Source of the DNA: Eledone cirrhosa
Lineage: Eukaryota
Direction: 5' to 3'
Length of the DNA stretch: 64,000 nt
Assembly (NCBI GenBank): GCA_964016885.1
Contig: OZ024741.1
Coordinates: 234,794,001 to 234,858,000 of the forward strand
Positions 12,586-24,439 of this stretch are shown here, in pieces. Position numbers and translations under genes: made by a program. Each line of letters begins with the position of its first letter. Position 1 is the first letter of the stretch. The notes beneath the pieces were generated by a model that saw nothing but the letters and a program-made list of their open reading frames with translations, was not told the DNA's origin and searched no databases.

Positions 12586-15500
12586 TTAACCCTTTAGCAT
12601 TTAAACCGGCTGTGTCCCGTCAGAATTCTCTCACCTCTTTCTGTTCAAACTGGCTGCAACCACTCATACTTTTGTTAAGATATTGTTCTCAATATGAAGA
12701 TCAATATTATGTGAGATAAAGCTTTTATGATGAAAAAACAATAGTATATATAGAGTAATGTAAATGGTAAAACACAATAGTATATATAGAGTAATGTAAA
12801 TGGTAAAACACAATAGTATATATAGAGTAATGTAAATGGTAAAAAACAATAGTATATATAGAGTAATGTAAATGGTAAAACACAATAGTATATATAGAGT
12901 AATGTAAATGGTAAAACACAATAGTATATATAGAGTAATGTAAATGGTAAAACACAATAGTATATATAGAGTAATGTAAATGGTAAAACACAATAGTATA
13001 TATAGAGTAATGTAAATGGTAAAACACAATAGTATATATAGAGTAATGTAAATGGTAAAACACAATAGTATATATAGAGTAATGTAAATGGTAAAACACA
13101 ATAGTATATATAGAGTAATGTAAATGGTAAAACACAATAGTATATATAGAGTAATGTAAATGGTAAAACACAATAGTATATATAGAGTAATGTAAATGGT
13201 AAAACACAAAAGTATATATAGAGTAATGTAAATGGTAAAAAACAATAGTATATTTAGAGTAATGTAAATGGTAAAACACAATAGTATATATAGAGTAATG
13301 TAAATGGTAAAACACAATAGTATATATAGAGTAATGTAAATGGTAAAACACAATAGTATATATAGAGTAATGTAAATGGTAAAACACAATAGTATATATA
13401 GAGTAATGTAAATGGTAAAACACAATAGTATATATAGAGTAATGTAAATGGTAAAACACAATAGTATATATAGAGTAATGTAAATGGTAAAACACAATAG
13501 TATATATAGAGTAATGTAAATGGTAAAACACAATAGTATATATAGAGTAATGTAAATGGTAAAACACAATAGTATATATAGAGTAATGTAAATGGTAAAA
13601 CACAATAGTATATATAGAGTAATGTAAATGGTAAAACACAATAGTATATATAGAGTAATGTAAATGGTAAAACACAATAGTATATATAGAGTAATGTAAA
13701 TGGTAAAACACAATAGTATATATAGAGTAATGTAAATGGTAAAACACAATAGTATATATAGAGTAATGTAAATGGTAAAACACAATAGTATATATAGAGT
13801 AATGTAAATGGTAAAACACAATAGTATATATAGAGTAATGTAAATGGTAAAACACAATAGTATATATAGAGTAACGTAAATGGTAAAACACAATAGTCTA
13901 TATAGAGTAACGTAAATGGTAAAACACAATAGTATATATAGAGTAATGTAAATGGTAAAACACAATAGTATATATAGAGTAATGTAAATGGTAAAACACA
14001 ATAGTATATATAGAGTAACGTAAATGGTAAAACACAATAGTATATATAGAGTAATGTAAATGGTAAAACACAATAGTATATATAGAGTAATGTAAATGGT
14101 AAAACACAATAGTATATATAGAGTAACGTAAATGGTAAAACACAATAGTATATATAGAGTAACGTAAATGGTAAAACACAATAGTATATATAGAGTAATG
14201 TAAATGGTAAAACACAATAGTATATATAGAGTAATGTAAATGGTAAAACACAATAGTATATATAGAGTAACGTAAATGGTAAAACACAATAGTATATATA
14301 GAGTAATGTAAATGGTAAAACACAATAGTATATATAGAGTAATGTAAATGGTAAAACACAATAGTATATATAGAGTAACGTAAATGGTAAAACACAATAG
14401 TATATATAGAGTAATGTAAATGGTAAAACACAATAGTATATATAGAGTAATGTAAATGGTAAAACACAATAGTATATATAGAGTAACGTAAATGGTAAAA
14501 CACAATAGTATATATAGAGTAATGTAAATGGTAAAACACAATAGTATATATAGAGTAATGTAAATGGTAAAACACAATAGTATATATAGAGTAACGTAAA
14601 TGGTAAAACACAATAGTATATATAGAGTAATGTAAATGGTAAAACACAATAGTATATATAGAGTAATGTAAATGGTAAAACACAATAGTATATATAGAGT
14701 AACGTAAATGGTAAAACACAATAGTATATATAGAGTAATGTAAATGGTAAAACACAATAGTATATATAGAGTAATGTAAATGGTAAAACACAATAGTATA
14801 TATAGAGTAACGTAAATGGTAAAACACAATAGTATATATAGAGTAATGTAAATGGTAAAACACAATAGTATATATAGAGTAATGTAAATGGTAAAACACA
14901 ATAGTATATATAGAGTAACGTAAATGGTAAAACACAATAGTATATATAGAGTAATGTAAATGGTAAAACACAATAGTATATATAGAGTAATGTAAATGGT
15001 AAAACACAATAGTATATATAGAGTAATGTAAATGGTAAAACACAATAGTATATATAGAGTAATGTAAATGGTAAAACACAATAGTATATATAGAGTAATG
15101 TAAATGGTAAAACACAATAGTATATATAGAGTAATGTAAATGGTAAAACACAATAGTATATATAGAGTAATGTAAATGGTAAAACACAATAGTATATATA
15201 GAGTAATGTAAATGGTAAAACACAATAGTATATATAGAGTAATGTAAATGGTAAAACACAATAGTATATATAGAGTAATGTAAATGGTAAAACAATAGTA
15301 TATATAGAGTAATGTAAATGGTAAAACACAATAGTATATATAGAGTAATGTAAATGGTAAAACACAATAGTATATATAGAGTAATGTAAATGGTAAAACA
15401 CAATAGTATATATAGAGTAACGTAAATGGTAAAACACAATAGTATATATAGAGTAACGTAAATGGTAAAACACAATAGTATATATAGAGTAATGTAAATG

Positions 15501-16911
15501 GTAAAACACAATAGTATATATAGAGTAATGTAAATGGTAAAACACAATAGTATATATAGAGTAATGTAAATGGTAAAACACAATAGTATATATAGAGTAA
15601 TGTAAATGGTAAAACACAATAGTATATATAGAGTAATGTAAATGGTAAAACACAATAGTATATATAGAGTAATGTAAATGGTAAAACACAATAGTATATA
15701 TAGAGTAATGTAAATGGTAAAACACAATAGTATATATAGAGTAATGTAAATGGTAAAACACAATAGTATATATAGAGTAATGTAAATGGTAAAACACAAT
15801 AGTATATATAGAGTAATGTAAATGGTAAAACACAATAGTATATATAGAGTAATGTAAATGGTAAAACACAATAGTATATATAGAGTAATGTAAATGGTAA
15901 AACACAATAGTATATATAGAGTAATGTAAATCGTAAAACACAATAGTATATATAGAGTAATGTAAATGGTAAAACACAATAGTATATATAGAGTAATGTA
16001 AATGGTAAAACACAATAGTATATATAGAGTAATGTAAATGGTAAAACACAATAGTATATATAGAGTAATGTAAATGGTAAAACACAATAGTATATATAGA
16101 GTAATGTAAATGGTAAAACACAATAGTATATATAGAGTAATGTAAATGGTAAAACACAATAGTATATATAATGTAATGTAAATGGTAAAACACAATAGTA
16201 TATATAATGTAAATGGTAAAACACAATAGTATATATAGAGTAATGTAAATGGTAAAACACAATAGTATATATAGAGTAATGTAAATGGTAAAACACAATA
16301 GTATATATAGAGTAATGTAAATGGTAAAACACAATAGTATATATAGAGTAATGTAAATGGTAAAACACAATAGTATATATAGAGTAACGTAAATGGTAAA
16401 ACACAATAGTATATATAGAGTAATGTAAATGGTAAAACACAATAGTATATATAGAGTAATGTAAATGGTAAAACACAATAGTATATATAGAGTAATGTAA
16501 ATGGTAAAACACAATAGTATATATAGAGTAATGTAAATGGTAAAACACAATAGTATATATAGAGTAATGTAAATGGTAAAACACAATAGTATATATAGAG
16601 TAATGTAAATGGTAAAACACAATAGTATATATAGAGTAATGTAAATGGTAAAACACAATAGTATATATAGAGTAATGTAAATGGTAAAACACAATAGTAT
16701 ATATAGAGTAATGTAAATGGTAAAACACAATAGTATATATAGAGTAATGTAAATGGTAAAACACAATAGTATATATAGAGTAACGTAAATGGTAAAACAC
16801 AATAGTATATATAGAGTAATGTAAATGGTAAAACACAATAGTATATATAGAGTAATGTAAATGGTAAAACACAATAGTATATATAGAGTAATGTAAATGG
16901 TAAAGGGTTCA
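12586..16911. mobile_element. piggyBac-type MITE expanded by an internal satellite
   Basis: Left end TTAA-CCCTTTAGCATTTA; right end TAAATGGTAAAGGG-TTCA; the first ~150 bp match the other MITE copies. Confidence 0.75.
12733..16901. repeat. 36-bp tandem satellite, about 116 near-identical copies
   Basis: Unit AAAACACAATAGTATATATAGAGTAATGTAAATGGT; one 2-bp and one 5-bp deletion; recurrent AATG>AACG variant. Confidence 0.98.
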
Positions 16912-18139
16912 GATGGATATAAATAACTTTATGAAATGCATTAACATACTTAATCCATTAGCTATGGATGCCATCTGGAGTCTTCCAGTTTGGCAATCTT
17001 TTAATCTGTGTATTAATGTTATTATTGATTGAAACTGGGTTCTGTTTGGGTACTTCTTCAAGCTGTCTTTGGATATCACCAAACCACTCTGTCTTTACAT
17101 TGTAGTTTATAGGTATTCTACACAGTTCACTTCAGGGGGTCAAGGCTTTATGTGGATCAGGTGGTAAATCTTTAACACCATCACTTGTTAGGCTTTGAAA
17201 AAACGTTTTAATTGCCTTCAAAACGTCCGTTTTGTTTGAATTGACACATTCTTTGCATTGACACATCATTGGAGTTTTACGCTCTTTGCACTTATTTGTT
17301 GTCTCATCTGTTCCATAACCATACAAAGGTCTAGTTCTCTAAGCTGGTATTTTCTGTCCATCCATTCTTTATCTTCTTCCCTCCTTTTTCTCCACACACC
17401 TCTGTACCAACAATCAATTCTTCTCAAGTCTTTATGCGGTTTATTATCACTTTCTGTCGTTCACTTCCGCCACGGTTCCATAACTTTGTCTTTTTGTGTT
17501 TTTGTGGGGTTGTAGCCCACTCTATATCTATCTAATATTTGTCTGTCTATCTCCTTACCTATTTATCTATTTATATACCTATATACTTACCTATCTATGT
17601 ATTTACATACCTCTCAGTATGTTTACCTAATTCATCTATCTTCAGACAAGAACAACAATAACAAAGCACAAATCCCAATTTGAATCTTAAGATAGATAGA
17701 TATAACACAGTCATTATAATTTATAGGATTTATGTTTGATAATGTTTAAAAAATATGGAAGAAAATTATTGTATTTGATTTAAATGAATGTAACATGAAA
17801 TCTGGTGATGGCTGAAGTAGTGAGGGGGCAAGGGCCAACGAAAATCAAGGATTCAAGAATCTTTACATAGAATGTTATGATCAAGGAATTATTAAATCAA
17901 ATATATTTTTACTATAAACCCTGTCATTTTTAGTGGGTACTATGCTAGTATATATCATCATCATCAATATATATATATTAGCCACATTTCAGGTAGGTAT
18001 TAGTAATAGGTGATAATTCTAAATAATAATTGAACAAGTTGGGTAAAATATCCCTGGCAATAGAAAACAAAGTGGACAGAGACCTTTGAGAATTGAACCT
18101 CTTTGTATCTCTCATTTGCCAAATGAATACACTGACCCA

Positions 18140-19450
18140 TTACACTGAAGTGCTTCTGGTCAATAATTAGTCTTTTAATAGTTGATAGCCATAAACTCTG
18201 AAATTCTGCCTGGATTTTCAGAAAGGTACCTAAGCAATGGCAATCAGGAGTGATAATCCCAATTTTCAAAAAGGGAGAAAAGTGAGATAATTCCAATTAC
18301 AGGGAGATCTCCTTGTTAAGCCTCCCTGGTAAAGTCTATGCTAAGTATCTGGCAAAGAGATGTAGGGAGATTGTCGAGTCCAACCTACCTGATGAACTGT
18401 GGTTTTTGCCCCAGACGCAGCACAGTCGACCAAATATTCACACTGCGGCAGGTATTCAAGAAATCGTGTGAGTATTGCCAAGTGGTATATTCTTGATTCG
18501 TCTAACTTGAAGAGGCATATCACCATGTTCATTGAGACCTGCTGTGGAAGGTTGTGCAGTATTATAGGATCAATGGTCTTCTTCTTGTTGCCCTGGTGTC
18601 TCTATATGAATGCCGGAGTATTTGTGTGCAGATAAATGGTGCTAAATCAAAACCATTCAATGTGGGAGTTGGACTCCACCAAGGGTGTGTACTGTTGCCT
18701 CTCCTATTCATTATTTTCATGAACAAGATTGATATGTGTAGCTGGATTGGAAGTGGTATCACAACTGGCAGGTGTAAAATCAATTGGTTGGAATTTGCAG
18801 ATGACATGGTGTTATTTAATTTGACAGAAGGGGAACTCGGACTTGCATTTGATAGGTTTCAGGGCTGGAATGAAAATCAGTGCTGCGAAAACTGAGACAC
18901 TCGTCCTCTTAAGGAAGCCTGCGCAGTGCATTTTACATGTGAATGGGGTTCACTGAAGCAGGTGATCTTGGGGCTGTGGTCATGAGTAATGGAAGACAGG
19001 AGACTGAATTAAGTGCAAGAATTGCAGGAGCTGGTGTAGTAATGCACCAGCTTCTGCATTTGGTAATCAGAAGAAGGGAGGTAGGTGTAAAAGCCAAACT
19101 CGCTATCTTCAATTCAGTATTCATGCCAACCCTTATCTATGGTCACGAATACGATTGCGAATACAAGCAACCGAAATGGGGTTCCTCTGAAGTGTCTTTG
19201 GAGTAATGTTACTCAATAGAGCGCATAGCTCGATCAGAGAGTGACTCCAGGTAGAGCCGCTACAGCTCCGAATTGAGAGGTAACAGCTTTGATATTACTG
19301 TCATTTTGTTAGAATGTCTTAGGAAAGAATCGCTGAACAGATTTTACGGGCAAAACCAACTAGCAGGATAACATCCATGAGCTTGGCTGGTCTTGCTTAG
19401 GGATCAGTTGGAGTGTTTGAGGACTCTGCCCCCACAACCCTCTCATCAGT
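18140..19450 (+). mobile_element. RTE-clade LINE, second family, decayed RT
   Basis: NYREISLLSLPGKVY, VGLHQGCVLLPLLFIIFM and LEFADDMVL, with stops and frameshifts. Confidence 0.85.
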
Positions 19451-19513
19451 AAGTGGGAGAAGAAGTGCGAGATAGTGGATTACATAATAATTCAGGTTTC
19501 ATAGGCAGTTACA

Positions 19514-19913
19514 TACTCTCAGGTCCAAAATATTAAAGGTAGGGTGGAATATGAGGGGGGGGGGGGTTTGAAAATTGATAATTTTTGTAGGTTGTCTCCC
19601 TTAACTCTTTTAAAAACCAGAATTAGTCATTTCATTTAGTTTACATATTGAAACCCCCAACCCTTCCTATTTATTTTATAACGTATGGATTTCTTGTAAG
19701 GTTTTTATTTTTGTCATGTATAATGTTTTTAATGTCTAAAGAAAATTAATTCTTGCATGAATGCTACTACTTAAAATAAAGTTTTTGCTGGAAATAGATT
19801 AGCAAAACTTGATAAGCGAGATGGGTGGGTTGGAATAAGAGCAAAGGCAAGATTTGAAATAATTTGAAAAATTAATAAGCTGGGGGAGGACGATTATTTG
19901 AGACCCGAGAGTA
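19514..19913. mobile_element. ~400-bp MITE
   Basis: Imperfect terminal inverted repeats TACTCTCAGGTCCAAAATA / TATTTGAGACCCGAGAGTA, with TA at both ends. Confidence 0.6.
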
Positions 19914-20209
19914 ACTGTATTGAAACACGTGTTAGAAAGAAACTCTACTGTATAAAAAAGTGTCTCTTTGGACTTCAATATATAGGGCGAACACTAGTCA
20001 TGTTAGTGCTGCACTTGGTAGTGGGGTGGCTAGAGTAGCCGTGTGTGAGATCCCCTCCACCATCATCAAGCAATTGCACAACTACTTCCCCTTTCAGGTA
20101 CATAGAACCTCTAATTTGTCCAACCCATGCAAACATGGAAAAGTGGACGTAAAAACTATGATGATGATAATGGTATATATATGCACACATATATCTAGTA
20201 AGTAGAAAG

Positions 20210-20450
20210 GAAAATAGGGCCCAGGGAAATGGTCCTGCTCAATGTGCAGAAAAGGAGTAGGTAGAAATTCCATCCTATCTCTCAAATGCAAACTATGGGT
20301 ACACAAGAGATGTAGTGGGATGTCAGGCAGGCTAACAATGAATGTAGGTTTTGCATGTGGTTGGTGCACAGGGGATGTATGTTGCAAGAGCTTCCATGCT
20401 TAGATGGATGTACAATAGTAATATAAGTGAACAGCAAAACATAAATGAAC
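20210..20450 (+). mobile_element. RTE LINE fragment (PHD-finger segment)
   Basis: GKWSCSMCRKGVGRNSIL...KCKLWVHKRCSG, homologous to 22070-22215. Confidence 0.75.
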
Positions 20451-21230
20451 TCCTTTACTACCCGCCCTCTAAAGAAAGATACCCTCACCATTGCACCCTA
20501 ATAGCTACTCTCTCTACTCCTTCTTCACCCCTTATCCCTTCACTATCCCCTTTCCTATGTTTCAACCATGTCTCCTCCCTCTCTATTGAGTACATCCTCT
20601 GCATCACTACATCCCCTCTCCCCATACACTAGCCAGTTACACCTACCCTATACTCATCCATTACTCCCTACCCATCTCTCCATCACACGCCCACCATATT
20701 GATCATATCACTCACACCACTTCATCCCCATACACTAATCAGCTGCCCTTACCCTTTACTCATAGCTTAGTCAAATCCCCACAAACACTTATAACTTCAT
20801 TCTTATCTCCCTCCCCTATTTTTCCTGTTCCAAGAGCTGAGAGGGCTCTATATTTGGGTCAATGACCAACAACCTCTCTAGTGATGGTGTCATGAAAATG
20901 CACCTGGTACACCTTGCAAGGGGGGGTTGGTGACAGGAAGGGCACCCACTGCAGAAACCATGCCTAAAAGGGTTGGGAGGACTCTTTATTTGTGTTAAGG
21001 ACATGACAGCCACCATGGAAAAAAGGGATGAGCATTGTCGTATCCCATGTACCACAATGCCCTGTTTTCCATTCTGAGGGTTTTTTAAAAATCCTAACTA
21101 ATAGACTAATTTACTTAGTCAAATATGGCGTAAGCACTATTTACTATTTATTTTTCAAATCTTCACTGTTTGTAAACAAAGCCTACTTTGTAGCTTTGTA
21201 TCTTTATATATATATATATATATATATATA

Positions 21231-22830
21231 ATAAGTAAGGCGATCAAAGACATGAAGACGGGCAAGGCGGCCGGGCCTTCGGAAATAGTTGCTGAAATGC
21301 TGAAAGCATCTGAAACGGTGGGACACAGTATGGTCAGTCGGATAGTAAACCAAATCATACAGAATGGGGTCGTTCCGAAGGACTGGCGCAGCAGCATCAT
21401 CATTAACTGCTACAAGGGTAAAGGTGATGCCCTAGATAGGGGAAACTATAGAGGCATTAAATTAATTGACCAGGTCATGAAGGTCACAGAAAAAGTAATA
21501 GCGCAACTAATCAGAGAGCGAATTGATCTAGACAAAATGCAGTTCGGGTTTGTGTCAGGTAAAAGTACAACAGACGCTCTCTTCATTGTACGACAACTAC
21601 AGAAGTACCTAGCTAAAAGTAAACCCCTATACTTAGCCTTTGTTGACTTGGAGAAAGCCTTTGACAGAGTACTCCGCTCGATTATCTGGTGGGCTCTTAG
21701 AAAACTAGGTGTTGATGAATGGCTTGTGAGAGCTATACAAGCCATGTATAAAGAAACAGTCAGCAAGGTTAGAATTAACAACGAAGATAGTGAATAGTTT
21801 AGCTTAAAAGTTGGTGTTCATCAGGGCTCCGTCCTTAGCACCCTACTATTTATTATTGCCCTTCAGGCTATAACAGAGGAGTTCAAGACTGGCTGCCCAT
21901 GGGAACTCCTATACGCAGATGATCTAACGCTCATAGCTGAATCAATGGCTGAACTAGAGAAGAAATTCGAAACACGGAAGCATGGCCTAGAATCAAAAGG
22001 CCTTAAAGTTAACTTGTCTAAGACTAAAGTTCTAGTTTGTAGGAAGGAAAATAGGGCACCGGTCCCATCTGGGAAATGGCCATGCTCAGTGTGTAGGAAA
22101 AGAGTAGGCAGAAACTCCATTTTATGTCCCAAATGCAAAGTATGGGTGCATAAAAGATGTAGTGGGATCACAGGTAAGCTAACTAAGAATATAGATTTTA
22201 TATGTGGCCGGTGCTCTGGTGCAATAAGTAGCAGCAAGTGTCCACAGAATACTAGCTCATTCCATTGCACAGATGGTTCTATAGAAATAGTGGACAGCTT
22301 CCGTTACCTGGGTGACAAAATCAGCAGTGGGGGAGGGTGCTCTGAAAGTACAGTAGCTAGAGTCAGAACGGGATGAAAAAAATGAAAGGCAGGCTGTATG
22401 ATGCCTGCATACGAACAGCAATGTTACATGGCAGTGAGACCTGGGCATTGTGTGCAGAGGATATATGCAGACTGGAGAGAAACGAAGCTTGCATGCTCCG
22501 CTGGATGTGTAATAGTAATATACGTGAACGGCAAAGCATAAACGAACTAAGGGAGAAATTAGGAATAAGAGGGATCAGATGTTGTTTACTCGAGAGAAGA
22601 CTATGTTGGTACGGTCACGTGATGCGCATGAAAGACGACAGCTGTATAAAAAAAAAAAAAAAAAAAGTGCAGGGCGATAAAAATAGACGGTAGCCACGGA
22701 GTAGGCAGACCCAGAAAAACCTGGGACGACTTGATAAATTCCGACCTCACACACTTACACCTCTCCAAGACAATGTCACTGAACCGAGATCTTTGGCGCT
22801 ACACAGTTATACAGAAGACTCGCTTTGCCT
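21231..22830 (+). mobile_element. 5'-truncated RTE-clade LINE: RT with embedded PHD finger, few disablements
   Basis: YKGKGD...NYRGIKL, QFGF, FVDLEKAFDRV, VGVHQGSVLS, LLYADDL, a C4HC3 finger, FRYLG, WYGHVMRM. Begins at a (TA)n tract. Confidence 0.92.
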
Positions 22831-22969
22831 AAGTACAAAGCGAAACCTACAGTCAGTAGACACCTCTAACAAAATAGACCCCCATACCACTACCCCCACC
22901 CCATCCACACCACCCCCTTAATTGTGAAGTTATGTTGGTACCACAACATCCAGTCCGAAACAAATGAGG

Positions 22970-23475
22970 CCGTGTAGGTGTCACGACAAAAAAACACACA
23001 GTCCACGCTGTAATGTGGCCGTGTAGGTAACACGGTAAAAACCTCCCAGTACACACTATAAACATGGTTGGTGTTGGGAAGGGTACCCAGCCGTAGAAAA
23101 CCCGCCAGACGTGTAGGTGTCACGACAATAAAACACACAGTCCACGCTGTAATGTGGCTATGTAGGTAACACGGTAAAAACCTCCCAGTACACACTATAA
23201 ACGTGGTTGGTGTTGGGAAGGGCACCCAGACGTGTAGGTGTCACAACAATAAAACACACAGTCCATGCTGTAATGTGGCCGTGTTGGTAACACGGTAAAA
23301 ACCTCCCAGTCCACACTGTAAACGTGGTTGGTGTTAGGAAGGGCATCCAGCCGTAGAAAACCCACCAGACAGTCCTGAGCAAGACAACCAATCTTGCCTC
23401 AAGTGGGACAATTCCCGTCCAGACCCATGCTAGCATAGAAAATGGACGTTAAACGATGATGATGATGATGACGAT
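22970..23475 (+). repeat. Three ~120-140-bp tandem units followed by an RTE-like SINE tail
   Basis: cgtgtaggtgtcac...ggttggtgttgggaaggg begins at about 22971, 23110 and 23231; tail ends ggacgttaaac(gat)n. Confidence 0.75.
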
Positions 23476-23600
23476 GAAGGAAAATGATAATAAAAAATGG
23501 GGTTCAAAAAGCGCACCTGGTTTTTATATAAAAAAAGGATCTTTATAATTGATGTTAGCGAAGCTTGCTTTCTCCATTCTAGGTTTTCAAAACATTTCTT

Positions 23601-23732
23601 ATTAGAAATAGAAGCTTTCGCTGTATTTTCGCTGACTCAAGAAATTTTAGCCTGACTGTGGGGTTTTAGAACCCCACTATCAGGCTAAAATTTCTTGAGT
23701 AAAAAAATACAGCAAAAGCTTCTAATTCTAAT
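23601..23732. repeat. Imperfect fold-back palindrome (~65-bp arms)
   Basis: attagaaatagaagct...gtggggtt / aaccccac...agcttctaattctaat. Confidence 0.85.
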
Positions 23733-23827
23733 TTCAAACTCTCTCGCTGTTTCAAAAACACATTTACCTATCATTTCTTATTAGGTTAAATTGTCATGCA
23801 CACACACACATGAGTACCCATAAAAAA

Positions 23828-23858
<31 letters not shown>

Positions 23859-24077
23859 TGATCGAGTATCGAAAAATCGGCGCACGAGTTCACGATAAAC
23901 AAAATTCGAAATGAGCGGCAGAGGGCTCAATAATTCAGATGAATCAGAGCTATAACTATCGTTAAAATACCGTCACACATAGAACAAATCTAAAATCAAC
24001 CATACGATAAAAAAATCGATAATAGAAGATTCGGGACAATATATATATATATATTAGAATTGGTACTCTGAAATAGC

Positions 24078-24333
24078 TATATATATATGAATGTATATAT
24101 AGTGTATTTTGCAATACACTGTATGCTTAATTAAAAGCATTTCGAAGACCTTATGCTATTGTTTTAGAGTAGTGACAGACTCACTTACTTTAATTTCAGC
24201 AAACCTGTTTGCTGAAATTAAAGTAAGTGAGTCTGTCACTACTCTAAAACAATAGCATAAGGTCTTCGAAATGCTTTTAATTAAGCATACAGTGTATTGC
24301 AAAATACACTATATATACATTCATATATATATA
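24078..24333. repeat. Perfect palindrome, 127-bp arms, 2-nt loop, bounded by (TA)n
   Basis: Centre cagcaaac-CT-gtttgctg at 24205-24206; no mismatch seen by eye. Confidence 0.95.
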
Positions 24334-24439
24334 TATATTAGAGAGTTGGGACCCAAGGGCTGAGCTCTTGCTGTTTCGACAGCAAAATCCAGTCTGGCAC
24401 CATCACTAAAGAGGTTGTTGGATATAGACCCAACTGTAG

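Larger units (their letters stand above)
9090..17130 (-). mobile_element. R4/Dong-like LINE (RT plus restriction-like endonuclease), fragmented by nested insertions
   Basis: Collinear minus-strand peptides: PNWKTPDGIH (~17000), YNRLITCLNLIWK (~12550), INMAWTDFK (~12350), NHLLFKGDLKLF (~12120), ILKWTKAE (~10515), KPDIVV / IDVTIP / KYNDL (9390-9260). Confidence 0.7.

Noticed and set aside
12664-16874. Very long minus-strand ORFs (up to 1402 aa)
   Set aside because: They are translations of the stop-free strand of the 36-bp satellite in all three frames.
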